From Acidimicrobiia bacterium (GTDB lineage: Bacteria > Actinomycetota > Acidimicrobiia > Spongiisociales > Spongiisociaceae): a stretch of 64,000 bases of DNA. The stretch is from contig WTGI01000072.1 of assembly GCA_011523635.1 (NCBI GenBank), positions 592-64,591 of the forward strand. Reading direction: 5' to 3'. A program made the translations under genes and the position numbers. Shown piece by piece: positions 50,832 to 60,507 of the stretch. The notes under the pieces are model-generated. The model had not been told where the DNA came from. It saw only the letters and a list, made by a program, of their open reading frames with translations, and did not search any database. Position 1 is the stretch's first letter. Every line of letters starts with the position of its first letter.

Positions 50832-51826
50832 CGCGATCCCCTTCCCCTCCGGCCCGGCGTGGCAGGCGTCGGGGTGTCCTCGCCTGCCTCGGCGGAAGCG
50901 CCGGTCAGCGCCAGGAACACGTCGTCGAGAGTGGGGCGGCGGAGCACCACCTCGCTGATCAGGACCTCGCGACTCTCGAAGGCCTCCAATACGTCGCCCA
51001 GCTCACGAGTGCCGCCCGACACGGGGGCGACCACCGTGCGAGACCGTTCTTCGCCCTGCAGCTCTCCGACAGCCACCCGGCCCAGTATCTCGTGGGCCAC
51101 CGGCAGGTCATCCCGGTCGGTCACCTTGATCGCGATCCGCTCGCCGCCCACCATGTCCTTCAAGTCGTCGACCGTTCCGTGGGCAATGGTCTTGCCCTTG
51201 TCGATCACCAGGACGTCGTCGGCCAGGCGGTCGGCTTCCTCGAGGTACTGGGTCGTGAGAAGCAGCGTGGCACCCTGATCTACCAGGGTGCGGATCAGCC
51301 TCCACAGCTCCCTGCGGCTGATGAGGTCCAGACCGGTAGTCGGCTCGTCAAGGAACAGCACCGGCGACTCCGCCACCAGCGCTCCGGCGAGGTCGAGCCT
51401 CCGCCTCATGCCTCCCGAATACGTCTTGACGGGCCGGTCGGCTGCGTCAGCCAGATCGAACCTGTCCAGAAGCTCCCGGGCCCGGGATCGGGCCCTCTTG
51501 CGGCCGAGGTGGTAGAGCCGCCCGATCATGTCCAGGTTCTCGAAGCCGGTCAGGTCCTTGTCGACGGCGGCGTACTGGCCGGAGAGGCCGATCAGCTTGC
51601 GGACCTCCGCGGGATCGCGCAGCACGTCGATACCCGCCACCGTGGCGCCGCCCTCGTCGGGCTCGATCAGGGTGGTGAGAACCGATACCGCGGTGGTCTT
51701 GCCGGCCCCGTTCGGTCCGAGCAGGGCGACGATGGTCCCCTCCCGCACCGACAGGTCCAGACCGTCGAGGGCCACCACCTCCCCGTAACGCTTGACCAGT
51801 CCGGTCGCGTGGATGATCTCTTTCAT
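50828..51826 (-). CDS. ABC exporter ATP-binding protein (DrrA-like)
   Basis: The motifs are LLGPNGAGKTT (Walker A), YSGGMRRRLDLA (signature) and VLFLDEPTTGLD (Walker B). Confidence 0.9.
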   Translation of the reverse strand: MKEIIHATGLVKRYGEVVALDGLDLSVREGTIVALLGPNGAGKTTAVSVLTTLIEPDEGGATVAGIDVLRDPAEVRKLIGLSGQYAAVDKDLTGFENLDMIGRLYHLGRKRARSRARELLDRFDLADAADRPVKTYSGGMRRRLDLAGALVAESPVLFLDEPTTGLDLISRRELWRLIRTLVDQGATLLLTTQYLEEADRLADDVLVIDKGKTIAHGTVDDLKDMVGGERIAIKVTDRDDLPVAHEILGRVAVGELQGEERSRTVVAPVSGGTRELGDVLEAFESREVLISEVVLRRPTLDDVFLALTGASAEAGEDTPTPATPGRRGRGSR

Positions 51827-51885
51827 AGATGAACGTCCTGTCGATACTGCCGGGCGGCGCGGTATCAGGCCCGACGCTTAACTCT

Positions 51886-51923
51886 CGGTGGTCTTACTAC
51901 GAAACAGCACGGACAGACCACCG
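51886..51923. repeat. degenerate third copy of the GTGGTCT/AGACCAC hairpin
   Basis: CGGTGGTCT (51886-51894) pairs perfectly with AGACCACCG (51915-51923) across a 20-nt loop. It is preceded by CTCT like the other two copies. The right arm GACAGACCAC matches the 48161 arm. Confidence 0.6.
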
Positions 51924-52002
51924 GCCGCACGGACAAGGAGCCGCACGGCCTTCGGCGACCACCAAAGAGCGAGCGTAGTACGGCGCTGGAGCTATCCGGC
52001 CG

Positions 52003-52509
52003 TCACTCCTCGCCGGCTCCGGCACGTCCGCCCAGCTCGGCCTCGATCAGGGCCAGGCCGACCTCGTTGCCCTCTAGGCGACTGATACGCTCGCGTATCC
52101 CCGAGATCAACGCCTCTTCCTCCACCTGCTCGGCCAGGAAACCCTGCAGGAAGGGCAGGCTCTCCAGGTCGCCCAACTCCATGGCCAGCCGGTAGAGGTT
52201 CCGTATCTCCGCGGTCACGGACTGCTCGTGACGCAGGGCCTCCTCGAACACGTGTAGAGGGCTGTCGAACTTGGAGACAGGAGCCTCGATGGCGCCTATC
52301 TCAACCCGCCCGTCCCGGTCCACCACATAGTCGATGAACATCCGGGCGTGGCCGGCCTCCTCCTCGGACTGCGCGGCCATCCACGAGGCCATACCGGGAC
52401 GTTCCTCCGCCTCGAAATGGGCGGCCATCTGGAGGTAGGCGAGAGACGCGCTGAGCTCGCGTGTGATCTGATCGTTGAGTGCCCTCTCCATCCGTTCGGC
52501 TAGTGCCAT
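52003..52509 (-). CDS. ferritin (non-haem, BfrB/Ftn-like)
   Basis: This lies in ORF 52003..52599(-), with ATG at 52509. The sequence is MALAERMERALNDQITRELSASLAYLQMAAHFEAE...EEEAGHARMFIDYV...ALRHEQSVT, which carries the ferroxidase-centre ligands. Confidence 0.88.
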   Translation of the reverse strand: MALAERMERALNDQITRELSASLAYLQMAAHFEAEERPGMASWMAAQSEEEAGHARMFIDYVVDRDGRVEIGAIEAPVSKFDSPLHVFEEALRHEQSVTAEIRNLYRLAMELGDLESLPFLQGFLAEQVEEEALISGIRERISRLEGNEVGLALIEAELGGRAGAGEE

Positions 52510-52610
52510 CGTGCGCTCCGTTCGATGCTGCTGCACGCAGAATCCTACCGAGTGAGGTGGCTCCCGAGAACACACCCGATCTGCTCGGGCGGTCAGCACG
52601 CTCTAGAAGG

Positions 52611-53348
52611 TCATCCGGCAGGCTCGTACCGTGGCCGGGATGGCGAAAGCGATGCCGATTCGACACGGGCCTGCGGCTGGTAGGTCTCCAGGAGCGCCAC
52701 CAGATCCCGGGTGGCCGACGCGACGTCCTCCCCGGCGCCCTCGTGATGGCCCTCCACCGTGAACAGGGCTTGCGCCGTGTCCGGGCCGGTGGCGCTCTGC
52801 GCACTCTGCCGCCAGCACCATCGGCGCGCCGACACCGCGCCGGCCCGGTCGACGAATACGACCTCCCCGACCTCGGGCGAGGTGGTGGTGGAACTGCCCA
52901 GATCCTTGAAACGTTCATCTCCCCCGGCGAAACGAACGGTGGTCGTCCCCGCCACCCAGGCCTGGTCCATCGCCGCGACCGGCAGCCCGTACCGGATCGA
53001 CACCAGGTTGGCGATGTCCACCAGACAATTGATCGACGGGATGTCACCCGCCTTGGTGAGCCGCCGGATCAGGGCCTCGGCGGCGTTGCGGTAGCGGGTC
53101 GGCTGGACCCCGAAGGCCGAGAAGGTCCTCCTCCACGCCACGACCGAAGGGACCTCCGACATGGGCGTGCCGCGGTATCGGGTCAGCGCGACGGCTTGCT
53201 GCTCCTGAAACGCCTTCCGCAGAGGCTCGGGACTCGGGCCGTTCACCAGCCCATCGGCATGGACCACCCCGGCCCGGATGGTCGGGAACCTGGCCAGCAC
53301 CTGGTGGTGGTACGAGAACATCGCTTCGGAGGATACGGCACGGGACAA
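52611..53348 (-). CDS. stand-alone B3/B4 (PheRS-beta-like tRNA-binding) domain protein
   Basis: The motifs are FPTIRAGVVHADGL, VVAWRRTFSAFGVQPTRYRNAAEALIRRL, IPSINCLVDIANLVSIRYGLPVAAMD, and VSARRWCWRQS. An alternative ATG lies 9 codons in. Confidence 0.75.
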   Translation of the reverse strand: MSRAVSSEAMFSYHHQVLARFPTIRAGVVHADGLVNGPSPEPLRKAFQEQQAVALTRYRGTPMSEVPSVVAWRRTFSAFGVQPTRYRNAAEALIRRLTKAGDIPSINCLVDIANLVSIRYGLPVAAMDQAWVAGTTTVRFAGGDERFKDLGSSTTTSPEVGEVVFVDRAGAVSARRWCWRQSAQSATGPDTAQALFTVEGHHEGAGEDVASATRDLVALLETYQPQARVESASLSPSRPRYEPAG

Positions 53349-53365
53349 GGCTCCCGACGGATCGG

Positions 53366-54301
53366 CTACCTAAGGCCCCTGACGAACGGTCGGGCCAGGG
53401 CTGCAGGCTGGACGAACCGTTTGGTGATGAAGTACATGACTACCAGCGTGAGGAGATAGGGCAGGGCAGCGAGGAGCTGGGCGTTGATCTGGTAGCCCAG
53501 CACCGGCACCGCCAGGCGGAAGGCATCCGCCATCCCGAACAGGAGCGCCCCGACCAGCGTGCCTCGGAGCGTCCACCCACCGAAGTAGACGGCGGCTATG
53601 GCGATGAATCCCCGGCCGCCGACCACGCCGACGTCGAAGCTCCCCACCTGGCCCAGGATCAGGAACGCTCCTCCCAGGCCGGCCAGGCTCCCGCCGTAGT
53701 AGACGGCCTGGCGGCGGCGTCGGTTGACGTCGACTCCGGAAACGTCGGCGGCCTGGGGGTTCTCGCCTGCGGACCTCACCTCCAGACCCCACCGGGTCCG
53801 GTAGAGGAGCCACCAGGTCAACGGAACCAGCCCGTACAGCAGGTACGTGGGCCAGGTCTGCCCGAAGAGCGCCGGGCCGATCACGGGAATACGCGACAGG
53901 AACGGGATGGTGACCACCCCGGCCCGACCTCCCAGCGGGCCGGCGGTTGCGTCCAGGAACCCGGCCAGGCCCAGCACGAGAACGTTCACCGTTATTCCCA
54001 CCACGAACTGATCGGCGGTGAGCCGGTGGCTCATGTTGGCCGCCACCATCGCCACCGTCGCCCCGGCCACCGCTCCCGCCGCCAAGCCGAGGACGGGTGA
54101 TCCGGACAGGTCGTAGGCCATCGTCCCGCCCAGCGCGCCCGCCAGCAGTGAGCCTTCCACCGAGATGTTGATGGTTCCCGCCTTCTCGGCCACCAACTCG
54201 CCCAGCGCGGCGAAGGCCAGGAACACCCCGAGCCTCACCGCGCTCCCGTACATGGCGGGACTGGTGAAGATGTCCCCCAGGGCGCCGAGTATGTCGTTCA
54301 T
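53366..54301 (-). CDS. ABC uptake permease (BMP/ribose-type, second subunit)
   Basis: This is the C-terminal 311 codons of ORF 53366..54541(-). The ATG at 54301 forms an ATGA overlap with the upstream permease. The sequence is AEKAGTINISVEGSLLAGA...RTRWGLEVRSAGENPQAADVSGV. Confidence 0.85.
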   Translation of the reverse strand: MNDILGALGDIFTSPAMYGSAVRLGVFLAFAALGELVAEKAGTINISVEGSLLAGALGGTMAYDLSGSPVLGLAAGAVAGATVAMVAANMSHRLTADQFVVGITVNVLVLGLAGFLDATAGPLGGRAGVVTIPFLSRIPVIGPALFGQTWPTYLLYGLVPLTWWLLYRTRWGLEVRSAGENPQAADVSGVDVNRRRRQAVYYGGSLAGLGGAFLILGQVGSFDVGVVGGRGFIAIAAVYFGGWTLRGTLVGALLFGMADAFRLAVPVLGYQINAQLLAALPYLLTLVVMYFITKRFVQPAALARPFVRGLR

Positions 54302-55428
54302 ACTGGCTCCGTTACCCGGGCCGCGATCGAGACCCGGCGGCGATCCCGCATGAACTCCACGGCCGGAGGGACCAGCAGGGCCAGCACCAGCAGGGCCTGC
54401 ACCACGTCGACCACAGTCCGGTCCACCCCGGTGGCGGCCAGGAACCCGGACCCGGTTCGGAGAGCGGCGAACAGGATCGCCACCGGGATGCAGAGGAGTG
54501 GTCGGTTGCGCGCCAGCAGGGCCACGAGCAGTCCCTGCCATCCGATCTCGTTGGAGAATCCAGCGGTCAGCCGGGCGCTCGACGCCCCGGCCGCCAGCAT
54601 CAGGGCCCCTGCCAGGCCGGCCGCGGCGCCGGAGATGAAGAGAGCCGTGGCCCCGGCCCGCCCGAAGGACACTCCCGCCTGCTGAGCCACCCTCGGATTG
54701 CTTCCCAGCATCCTGAGCTTGAACCCGAACACGGTTCGGGTCAGGACGAATGCCGCCAGCCCGGCGGCCAGCAGGGCGAGGAAGAATCCGATCGTGACCT
54801 CGTTGCCCCAGACCGTCAGGACCGGCAGGCGTACGGAGCCGGGCAGGGCGGCGCTGGTCACGGCCTGGCTGGGCCGATTCGGGTCAAGGTCCCGCAGGAA
54901 CCAGTCGGTGGTGATGGCGAAACCGACTATTTGGAACGCTACGAACACCAGGAGCAGGGTGGAGATGACCTCCGGGACCCCCCGGCGGAACCTCATCAGG
55001 GCCGCCACGCCGGCGTAGAGACCCCCGGCCACCGCCCCGAGGGCCAGCCCGCCCACGAGAAGGAGAGGGCCCGTTCCGGCCACCCTGGTGCCGATGAGGG
55101 CCATCGCCAGCGCACCCATCAGAAGCTGACCCTCCTGCCCGATGTTGAAGAAGCCCGCCCTGACCCCCACCACCATGCCGAGGGAAACCAGCAGGATGGG
55201 CGTGGCGACCGCCAGCGTCTCTCCCCACCGTCCGGGGGCCAGGAAGGCGCCTTCCGCCAGTGCGCCGGCAACGCTGCCCCAGGCATTCCCGGAAACCGCC
55301 ACCAGCCCCGCCGAGATCACCAGCGCGAACCCGACGCTCACCACGTACAGCAACAGCATGTACAGACCCCCGTCCTGTCCCCCGAGACCGGGATCGTCGG
55401 TGGGTGGTGCCCCAGGATCGGTGCTCAA
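54298..55428 (-). CDS. ABC uptake permease (first subunit)
   Basis: It has 376 aa and is polytopic. The sequence is FNIGQEGQLLMGA...KLRMLGSNPRVAQQAGVS. It overlaps the ATPase stop. Confidence 0.85.
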   Translation of the reverse strand: MSTDPGAPPTDDPGLGGQDGGLYMLLLYVVSVGFALVISAGLVAVSGNAWGSVAGALAEGAFLAPGRWGETLAVATPILLVSLGMVVGVRAGFFNIGQEGQLLMGALAMALIGTRVAGTGPLLLVGGLALGAVAGGLYAGVAALMRFRRGVPEVISTLLLVFVAFQIVGFAITTDWFLRDLDPNRPSQAVTSAALPGSVRLPVLTVWGNEVTIGFFLALLAAGLAAFVLTRTVFGFKLRMLGSNPRVAQQAGVSFGRAGATALFISGAAAGLAGALMLAAGASSARLTAGFSNEIGWQGLLVALLARNRPLLCIPVAILFAALRTGSGFLAATGVDRTVVDVVQALLVLALLVPPAVEFMRDRRRVSIAARVTEPV

Positions 55429-57035
55429 GAGGCCTTCTCCTCCTCGTCCGTCCCCCCCATCAGCAAGCCCAGCCGGGACAGGTCGAACTCATCACGCGAC
55501 ATCTCGCCCACGATGCTTCCCCGATGGAGCACCACCAGCCGATCGGCCAGCGACAGTATCTCGCGGAGGTCGGTGGAGAGGAGTAAAACCCCGATTCCGC
55601 GGTCTGCCGCCTGCCTGATCCGATCCGCCACGTATTCGATCGCCCCGACATCGAGACCTCTGGTGGGCTGGTGGGCCACCATGACCTCGGGGGAGGCGGA
55701 CAGGGCACGAGCGATCACCGTCCGCTGCTGGTTCCCGCCCGACAGGTCACCGAGCGAGGCGTCGGGTCCCGACGTCCGGATGTCGTACTCGTCGATCAGC
55801 CGGAGGGCGTGGCGCCGGATAGCGTCCAGGCGTAGCAGACCCCAGTGGCGCATCCTGCGCATGGAGGGGATCATCAGGTTCTCGGCCACGGTCATGTCCA
55901 GCACGCATCCGGCCCGGTGACGATCGGCCGGTACGACCGCAATGCCGGCCCCGGTCATGGCGCCGGCCACACCGGTGGGAACCGTCCGGCCCTTGACCCG
56001 GACCGTCCCGTCGTCGAGGCGGAGGAGACCGGCCAGCAGGTCGGCGAGGGCGGTCTGGCCGTTGCCCTCCACGCCCGCCACCCCGACGATCTCGCCCGCG
56101 CCCATCGCGAGCGACAGGCCGTCCAGCAGAACTCGCCCGTCAGCCCCCTTCACCGATGCGCTCTCGACTTCCAAGACCGGAACCGTTGCTGCGCCGGTCT
56201 CGGCGGCCCGGTCGGAACCTCCTTCGTCCATCGGGTCGCCATCGAGCAGTTCCCGGGCAACCCGATCCCGCTCGAATGAGGCGGTGACCGTGCGGAGCGG
56301 TACCGGGCGGCCCACCATCGCCCGGGCGAGCGAGGGAACCCGGGCTTCCGCGGTCAGCAGGCGATCCACCACCCTCCCCTGCCGCATCACCGTGATCCGG
56401 TCTGTCGCCCGCAGTATCTCGTCGAGCTTGTGGCTGACCAGCGCCACCGCCCAGCCCTGGGTCCGCACGCCGGTCAGTAGGACGTCGAACAGGTACTGGG
56501 ATTCGGCCGGCGTCAGCGCCGATGTCGGCTCGTCAAGGATGATGGTGCGGGGCCGGCGCCCCAGGCACTTGATGATCTCGACCCTCTGGCGGATTCCGGC
56601 CGACAGGTCGCGCACGGTGGCGTCGGGATCGACCGACAGGCCGTAGCGCCAGGAGATCCTGCGGACCCGGGCCCTGGTCCGGTCGGGATCCAGGGGCCCG
56701 ACCTCGCCGAGGGCGACGTTCTCCCACACCGTGAGCGCGTCGACCAGGCTGTAGTGCTGGTGCACCATGCCGATCCCGAGCCGGACCGCATCGGACGGAT
56801 CCGCGATGCGGGTCGCCTGGCCGTCGATCCTGATCACCCCCTGGTCGGGATCCACCAGGCCGAAGATCATGCGCATGAGGGTGGACTTACCGGCGCCGTT
56901 CTCCCCGAGGATGCCGTGTATCTCGCCCGCTCGAAGGGCCAGATCGACCTGCTCGCAGGCGACCACCGAACCGAAATGCTTGGTGAGGCCGTCCACCTCG
57001 AGTACCGGGGGCTCGAACCCGAAGTCCTCGATCAT
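55425..57035 (-). CDS. ABC uptake ATPase with duplicated nucleotide-binding domains
   Basis: This lies in ORF 55425..57116(-), with ATG at 57035 (MIEDFGFEPPVLEVDGLTKHFG). NBD1 has GENGAGKSTL, LSAGIRQRVEI and ILDEPTSAL. NBD2 has GVEGNGQ, LSGGNQQR and the Walker B-like VMVAHQPTRGLD. Confidence 0.9.
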   Translation of the reverse strand: MIEDFGFEPPVLEVDGLTKHFGSVVACEQVDLALRAGEIHGILGENGAGKSTLMRMIFGLVDPDQGVIRIDGQATRIADPSDAVRLGIGMVHQHYSLVDALTVWENVALGEVGPLDPDRTRARVRRISWRYGLSVDPDATVRDLSAGIRQRVEIIKCLGRRPRTIILDEPTSALTPAESQYLFDVLLTGVRTQGWAVALVSHKLDEILRATDRITVMRQGRVVDRLLTAEARVPSLARAMVGRPVPLRTVTASFERDRVARELLDGDPMDEGGSDRAAETGAATVPVLEVESASVKGADGRVLLDGLSLAMGAGEIVGVAGVEGNGQTALADLLAGLLRLDDGTVRVKGRTVPTGVAGAMTGAGIAVVPADRHRAGCVLDMTVAENLMIPSMRRMRHWGLLRLDAIRRHALRLIDEYDIRTSGPDASLGDLSGGNQQRTVIARALSASPEVMVAHQPTRGLDVGAIEYVADRIRQAADRGIGVLLLSTDLREILSLADRLVVLHRGSIVGEMSRDEFDLSRLGLLMGGTDEEEKAS

Positions 57036-57340
57036 CCGGCCCCCCGGCGGATACGGCGGCAACCCGGGGCGGCGGAAGTTGTCACACCCCCTCGGCATAC
57101 TCGAGTCGCTAAACACCTGCGCGGCTGGGAGCTATGACGTCGGCTCAGCCGCAGGTCAAGACTTCGGAGGCGACGCCACCCGCCCAACCGGTGGAGCGCG
57201 CCCCGAAACCGGCGTGGTGGTGGCGGGGGTGGGCCCAGCGGGAGGCGGCGTTCTCCGCGATTTTCGCGTTCTCGGATGTAACCGGCCAGCGGTTGGATCA
57301 GGCCACGCGCCGTACAGGACAGTTGGACCGGAGCCGGCAC

Positions 57341-58420
57341 TCAGAAGCCGTATGCCTCGGCGAGGATCCTTGAGATCTCCTCCTCGAACTGGCCGGCCCC
57401 GATCCGGGCGTTCAGATCGGTGAGCGCCTGATCCTGCTCGGGCGTTCCGTCGCACAGGTTCGCCCCCACCTCGGGATCGACGCCCACCGTGAAGCGCCGG
57501 GCGCCCCCTTCCACGGCGGTGCCGGCGATGATCTCGTCGAAGATCGGCGTCAGGAAGTCGCCGGCGTCGAACATGACCTCTATGTCGTAGTCCAGATCTT
57601 CTCGCTCGCATCCCCTGGACGAACCGGCGGTCATGACGATCAGCCCGTCCTCGTTGGCGAGACGAGTGATCGGCTCGTGGGCGCCGCCCAGGAACGGGTA
57701 GACCGCCCCCACGCCCTCGGCGACCGCCGCGTTGTAGGCCTCGGTGGCTCCGGCGGTGTTGTTGAAGTCGAAGGGGAAGTTGCCTGTGGGCACGTAGATG
57801 GCGTCGAACGACTCGTCCACCAGATGGAGACCGAGCCGGAAGGCCAGGAAGGACTCCACCTCGAAGTTGAGATCGCAGCATCCCAGGAACACCGCCCGGT
57901 CGGCGCCGCGGGCATCCAGGAGCAAACCGGTCGCATACCCGGCCGAGATGCCCAGTTCGGCCCCGCTGTCGGCGCTCCGGAGCAAACCGGGGGCGTCCTG
58001 GTATCCCGACCCGCAGTTGCAGTACCAGAAGATCTCCTCATGCTCCAGGAACAGGTCCTCGTTGCCATCCGCCAGGTTGCTCGAGCCGATGGCGATGATG
58101 TCCGCCCCCTGGGCGACCACGTTGTTCAGCTCGGCCCGAGCGTCGGCCGGGGCGACCTGGTCCACGATCAGCGGCGACTCGTACCCCGCAGCCGCCGATA
58201 TCTCCTCCACCCGCTCGACGAGGGCCTGGTAGTAGGCGCCATCGTCTCGCGAGCCCTCGGTGACCACCGCGATGCGGACCGATCCGTCGCCGTTGAAGTC
58301 CGCCGCGCCCCACTCTGTAGAGGGCGTCTCTCCGGCGCCGTCCCCGGAGTCGGCGCAGGCCGACGCAACCGCCAACACCGCCAGGAAGCCGAGCACGGGC
58401 CAGGCCCGGAAGCCCTTCAT
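57341..58420 (-). CDS. BMP-family (Med/PnrA-like) ABC substrate-binding lipoprotein
   Basis: This is the C-terminal 359 codons of ORF 57341..59023(-), with ATG at 58420. The sequence MKGFRAWPVLGFLAVLAVASAC carries a lipobox. The sequence IAVVTEGSRDDGAYYQAL...AGYATGLL...AVYPFLGG supports the BMP assignment. Confidence 0.8.
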   Translation of the reverse strand: MKGFRAWPVLGFLAVLAVASACADSGDGAGETPSTEWGAADFNGDGSVRIAVVTEGSRDDGAYYQALVERVEEISAAAGYESPLIVDQVAPADARAELNNVVAQGADIIAIGSSNLADGNEDLFLEHEEIFWYCNCGSGYQDAPGLLRSADSGAELGISAGYATGLLLDARGADRAVFLGCCDLNFEVESFLAFRLGLHLVDESFDAIYVPTGNFPFDFNNTAGATEAYNAAVAEGVGAVYPFLGGAHEPITRLANEDGLIVMTAGSSRGCEREDLDYDIEVMFDAGDFLTPIFDEIIAGTAVEGGARRFTVGVDPEVGANLCDGTPEQDQALTDLNARIGAGQFEEEISRILAEAYGF

Positions 58421-59202
58421 GAGCCCCGCCCGGTACCGTGGACGGCTAGGCCGAGGCGCCGGACCATCTCCCCGGGGTCGGAGGCTCCCCAGACGTTGCG
58501 CCCGAAGCAGACGCCCGAAGCCCCCGCCGCCACAACGCCGGCTGCGTACGCGACCACCTCGTCCTCGCTCTCCCTCTTGGGACCACCCAGCACGAACAGC
58601 GGTGCCTCGCATCCTTCCACCACCTCGCCGAGGTCCTCCACCTGCGCCGGAGCCATGGTCTTGACCGCATCGGCCCCGATCTCCACGCAGATGCGCGCGC
58701 TCCGAGCGATGTTCTCCGTGTCCCATGGCACCTCCTGATTCCACCCTCCGGGGATGGACTCGGCCAGGACCGGCATGCCGATCCGCTCGCACTCCCCGAC
58801 CAGAGCAGCCAACCGGCGCAGCGAACGCTTCTCCTCGCTCATACCCGGGTAGACCATGAGGATGACTGCGTCCGCTCCGATCATCGCCGCCTGCTCGGCT
58901 CGATACATCAGCGAGAGGCCGTCGCCGTCCGAGTTCCGATCGAGTTGGGTAGCCGCACCGTCCATCCGGAGGATCAAGCCGCACTGCGCGAAGGTCGCGG
59001 GGTAGCGGCGGGCGATCTGCCACGTGACCAGGATGCCGTCGGGTTGCCCCTCGGCCACCGCCTCCACCACGTCCAGGGCGGGGCCGGACCCCGTGGCCAG
59101 CTGCATGTCGATGGCGACCAGCACCGCGCGCCCGTCCCTGCCGACGAAGCGGCGGGTACGCCGGGTCTTGCCGGCGCCTACTGCCGAGGCCACGGCATCC
59201 AT
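58417..59202 (-). CDS. DhnA/FbaB/LsrF-type class I aldolase family protein
   Basis: It has 261 aa. The sequence is VLVAIDM...GILVTW...ADAVILMVYPG...GADAVKT (candidate Schiff-base Lys)...LFVLGGPK...GVCFGRNVW. Confidence 0.8.
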   Translation of the reverse strand: MDAVASAVGAGKTRRTRRFVGRDGRAVLVAIDMQLATGSGPALDVVEAVAEGQPDGILVTWQIARRYPATFAQCGLILRMDGAATQLDRNSDGDGLSLMYRAEQAAMIGADAVILMVYPGMSEEKRSLRRLAALVGECERIGMPVLAESIPGGWNQEVPWDTENIARSARICVEIGADAVKTMAPAQVEDLGEVVEGCEAPLFVLGGPKRESEDEVVAYAAGVVAAGASGVCFGRNVWGASDPGEMVRRLGLAVHGTGRGS

Positions 59203-59205
59203 GCC

Positions 59206-60507
59206 TCAGACCCCTCGCCGGAGCCGGCCGGCGGCCGCATCACCCAGCGCGATGAAGCGCTCCAGCCCCTCTTCGTAGGCTGTGACAGTGTCCGGCTCGA
59301 ACGTGGTGAAGGCAGGCGCCGGCCAGTCTCCTGCTTCCCCCTCGCCCGGCCGGGGCCACCATCCGACGGCGGATCCCGCAGCCAGGGCCGCTCCGTAGGC
59401 CGCCATCTCGGGACAATTCGGGACATCGACCGGCACGCCCAGCACCGATGCCTTTATGGAAACCCACAGATTGCTACGCGACGGGGCGCCCGAGCTCACC
59501 ATCCGGTTCATGGTAATGCCGTGCCGGGCAAGGTCACGAGCGATGTGAGCCAAGCCGTAGGCGGAGGCCTCCATGACGGCGCGAGCGACCACGCCCTGGT
59601 CGGAGGCCGCACCGAGCCCGTGGATCTCGGCCCGCAGTTCCGGTACCCAGCGGGGCGCCCTCTCCCCCTCGAGAAACGGTAGGACCATCACCCCGCCCGA
59701 GCCCGGTTCGACCTCGGCGGCCGCCTCGATCAGGTCGGGAACCGTCCGGCCGGTCATCGAGGACCACCAGTCCAGCATGGCGCCGTGGGAGGCCGCCGGG
59801 CCACCGACCAGGTAGACACCGGGGACGTGACCGGGGATACCGTGCTCCGAGACCGACGGGTCGTCGCCTCGGGTGGCGGCAACGCCGAGACCTCCGGTCC
59901 GCCCTCCCGGGTCGAAGCCCTTTCCGGGCCGGTCGATGGCGGCGGCCCAAGCGGTGAGAAACGCATCGTTGGCGCCGGGAGCCAGCACGATCCCCCCGGG
60001 CAGCCCGGAATCGCCCGCCGTCACCCCTGCGGCCGACCCGACCGGGATCGGATCTCCGAACCCTTCCAGCGGTGGCTGGCCCGGCCAGACCGCCTGGGTG
60101 CCGGGCGAACCACCGAGTTCGGCCGCCAGGTAGTCCCACATCTGGCGGGGCCGGTCGGCGCCTCCGAGCAGCCTCGACATCTCCTCCGCCTGCGCCAGAT
60201 GCTGGCCGGCAAAGTCGGAGGAAGCGCCGGCCGGGTGCTGGTAGGTGAGTGCCCGCCGCGCCGACGCCATCACGGTGGTGGGTCCCTGGCCACCGATCCC
60301 GAGCGCCACAGGCGGACCGGTATCCAGTTGCTCCACGGCCAGAACCAGCCCCTGCAGCCAGCGGAAGGGGTCCGCCTCGCCTCGGGGGAGATGCATCGGA
60401 GCGAACCGCGCCTCGGCGCCGGCCAGGACCCTTCCGGCTCGGTCGAGGGCTACCGCTCTAGCCGCGCCGGTCCCGATGTCCACCCCGACTACAACCTGGC
60501 CCGCCAT
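59206..60507 (-). CDS. FGGY-family carbohydrate kinase
   Basis: This lies in ORF 59206..60666(-), with ATG at 60507 (MAGQVVVGVDIGTGAARAVALD). The C-terminal sequence is SSGAPSRSNLWVSIKASVLGVPV. It shares 1 nt with the upstream stop. Confidence 0.85.
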   Translation of the reverse strand: MAGQVVVGVDIGTGAARAVALDRAGRVLAGAEARFAPMHLPRGEADPFRWLQGLVLAVEQLDTGPPVALGIGGQGPTTVMASARRALTYQHPAGASSDFAGQHLAQAEEMSRLLGGADRPRQMWDYLAAELGGSPGTQAVWPGQPPLEGFGDPIPVGSAAGVTAGDSGLPGGIVLAPGANDAFLTAWAAAIDRPGKGFDPGGRTGGLGVAATRGDDPSVSEHGIPGHVPGVYLVGGPAASHGAMLDWWSSMTGRTVPDLIEAAAEVEPGSGGVMVLPFLEGERAPRWVPELRAEIHGLGAASDQGVVARAVMEASAYGLAHIARDLARHGITMNRMVSSGAPSRSNLWVSIKASVLGVPVDVPNCPEMAAYGAALAAGSAVGWWPRPGEGEAGDWPAPAFTTFEPDTVTAYEEGLERFIALGDAAAGRLRRGV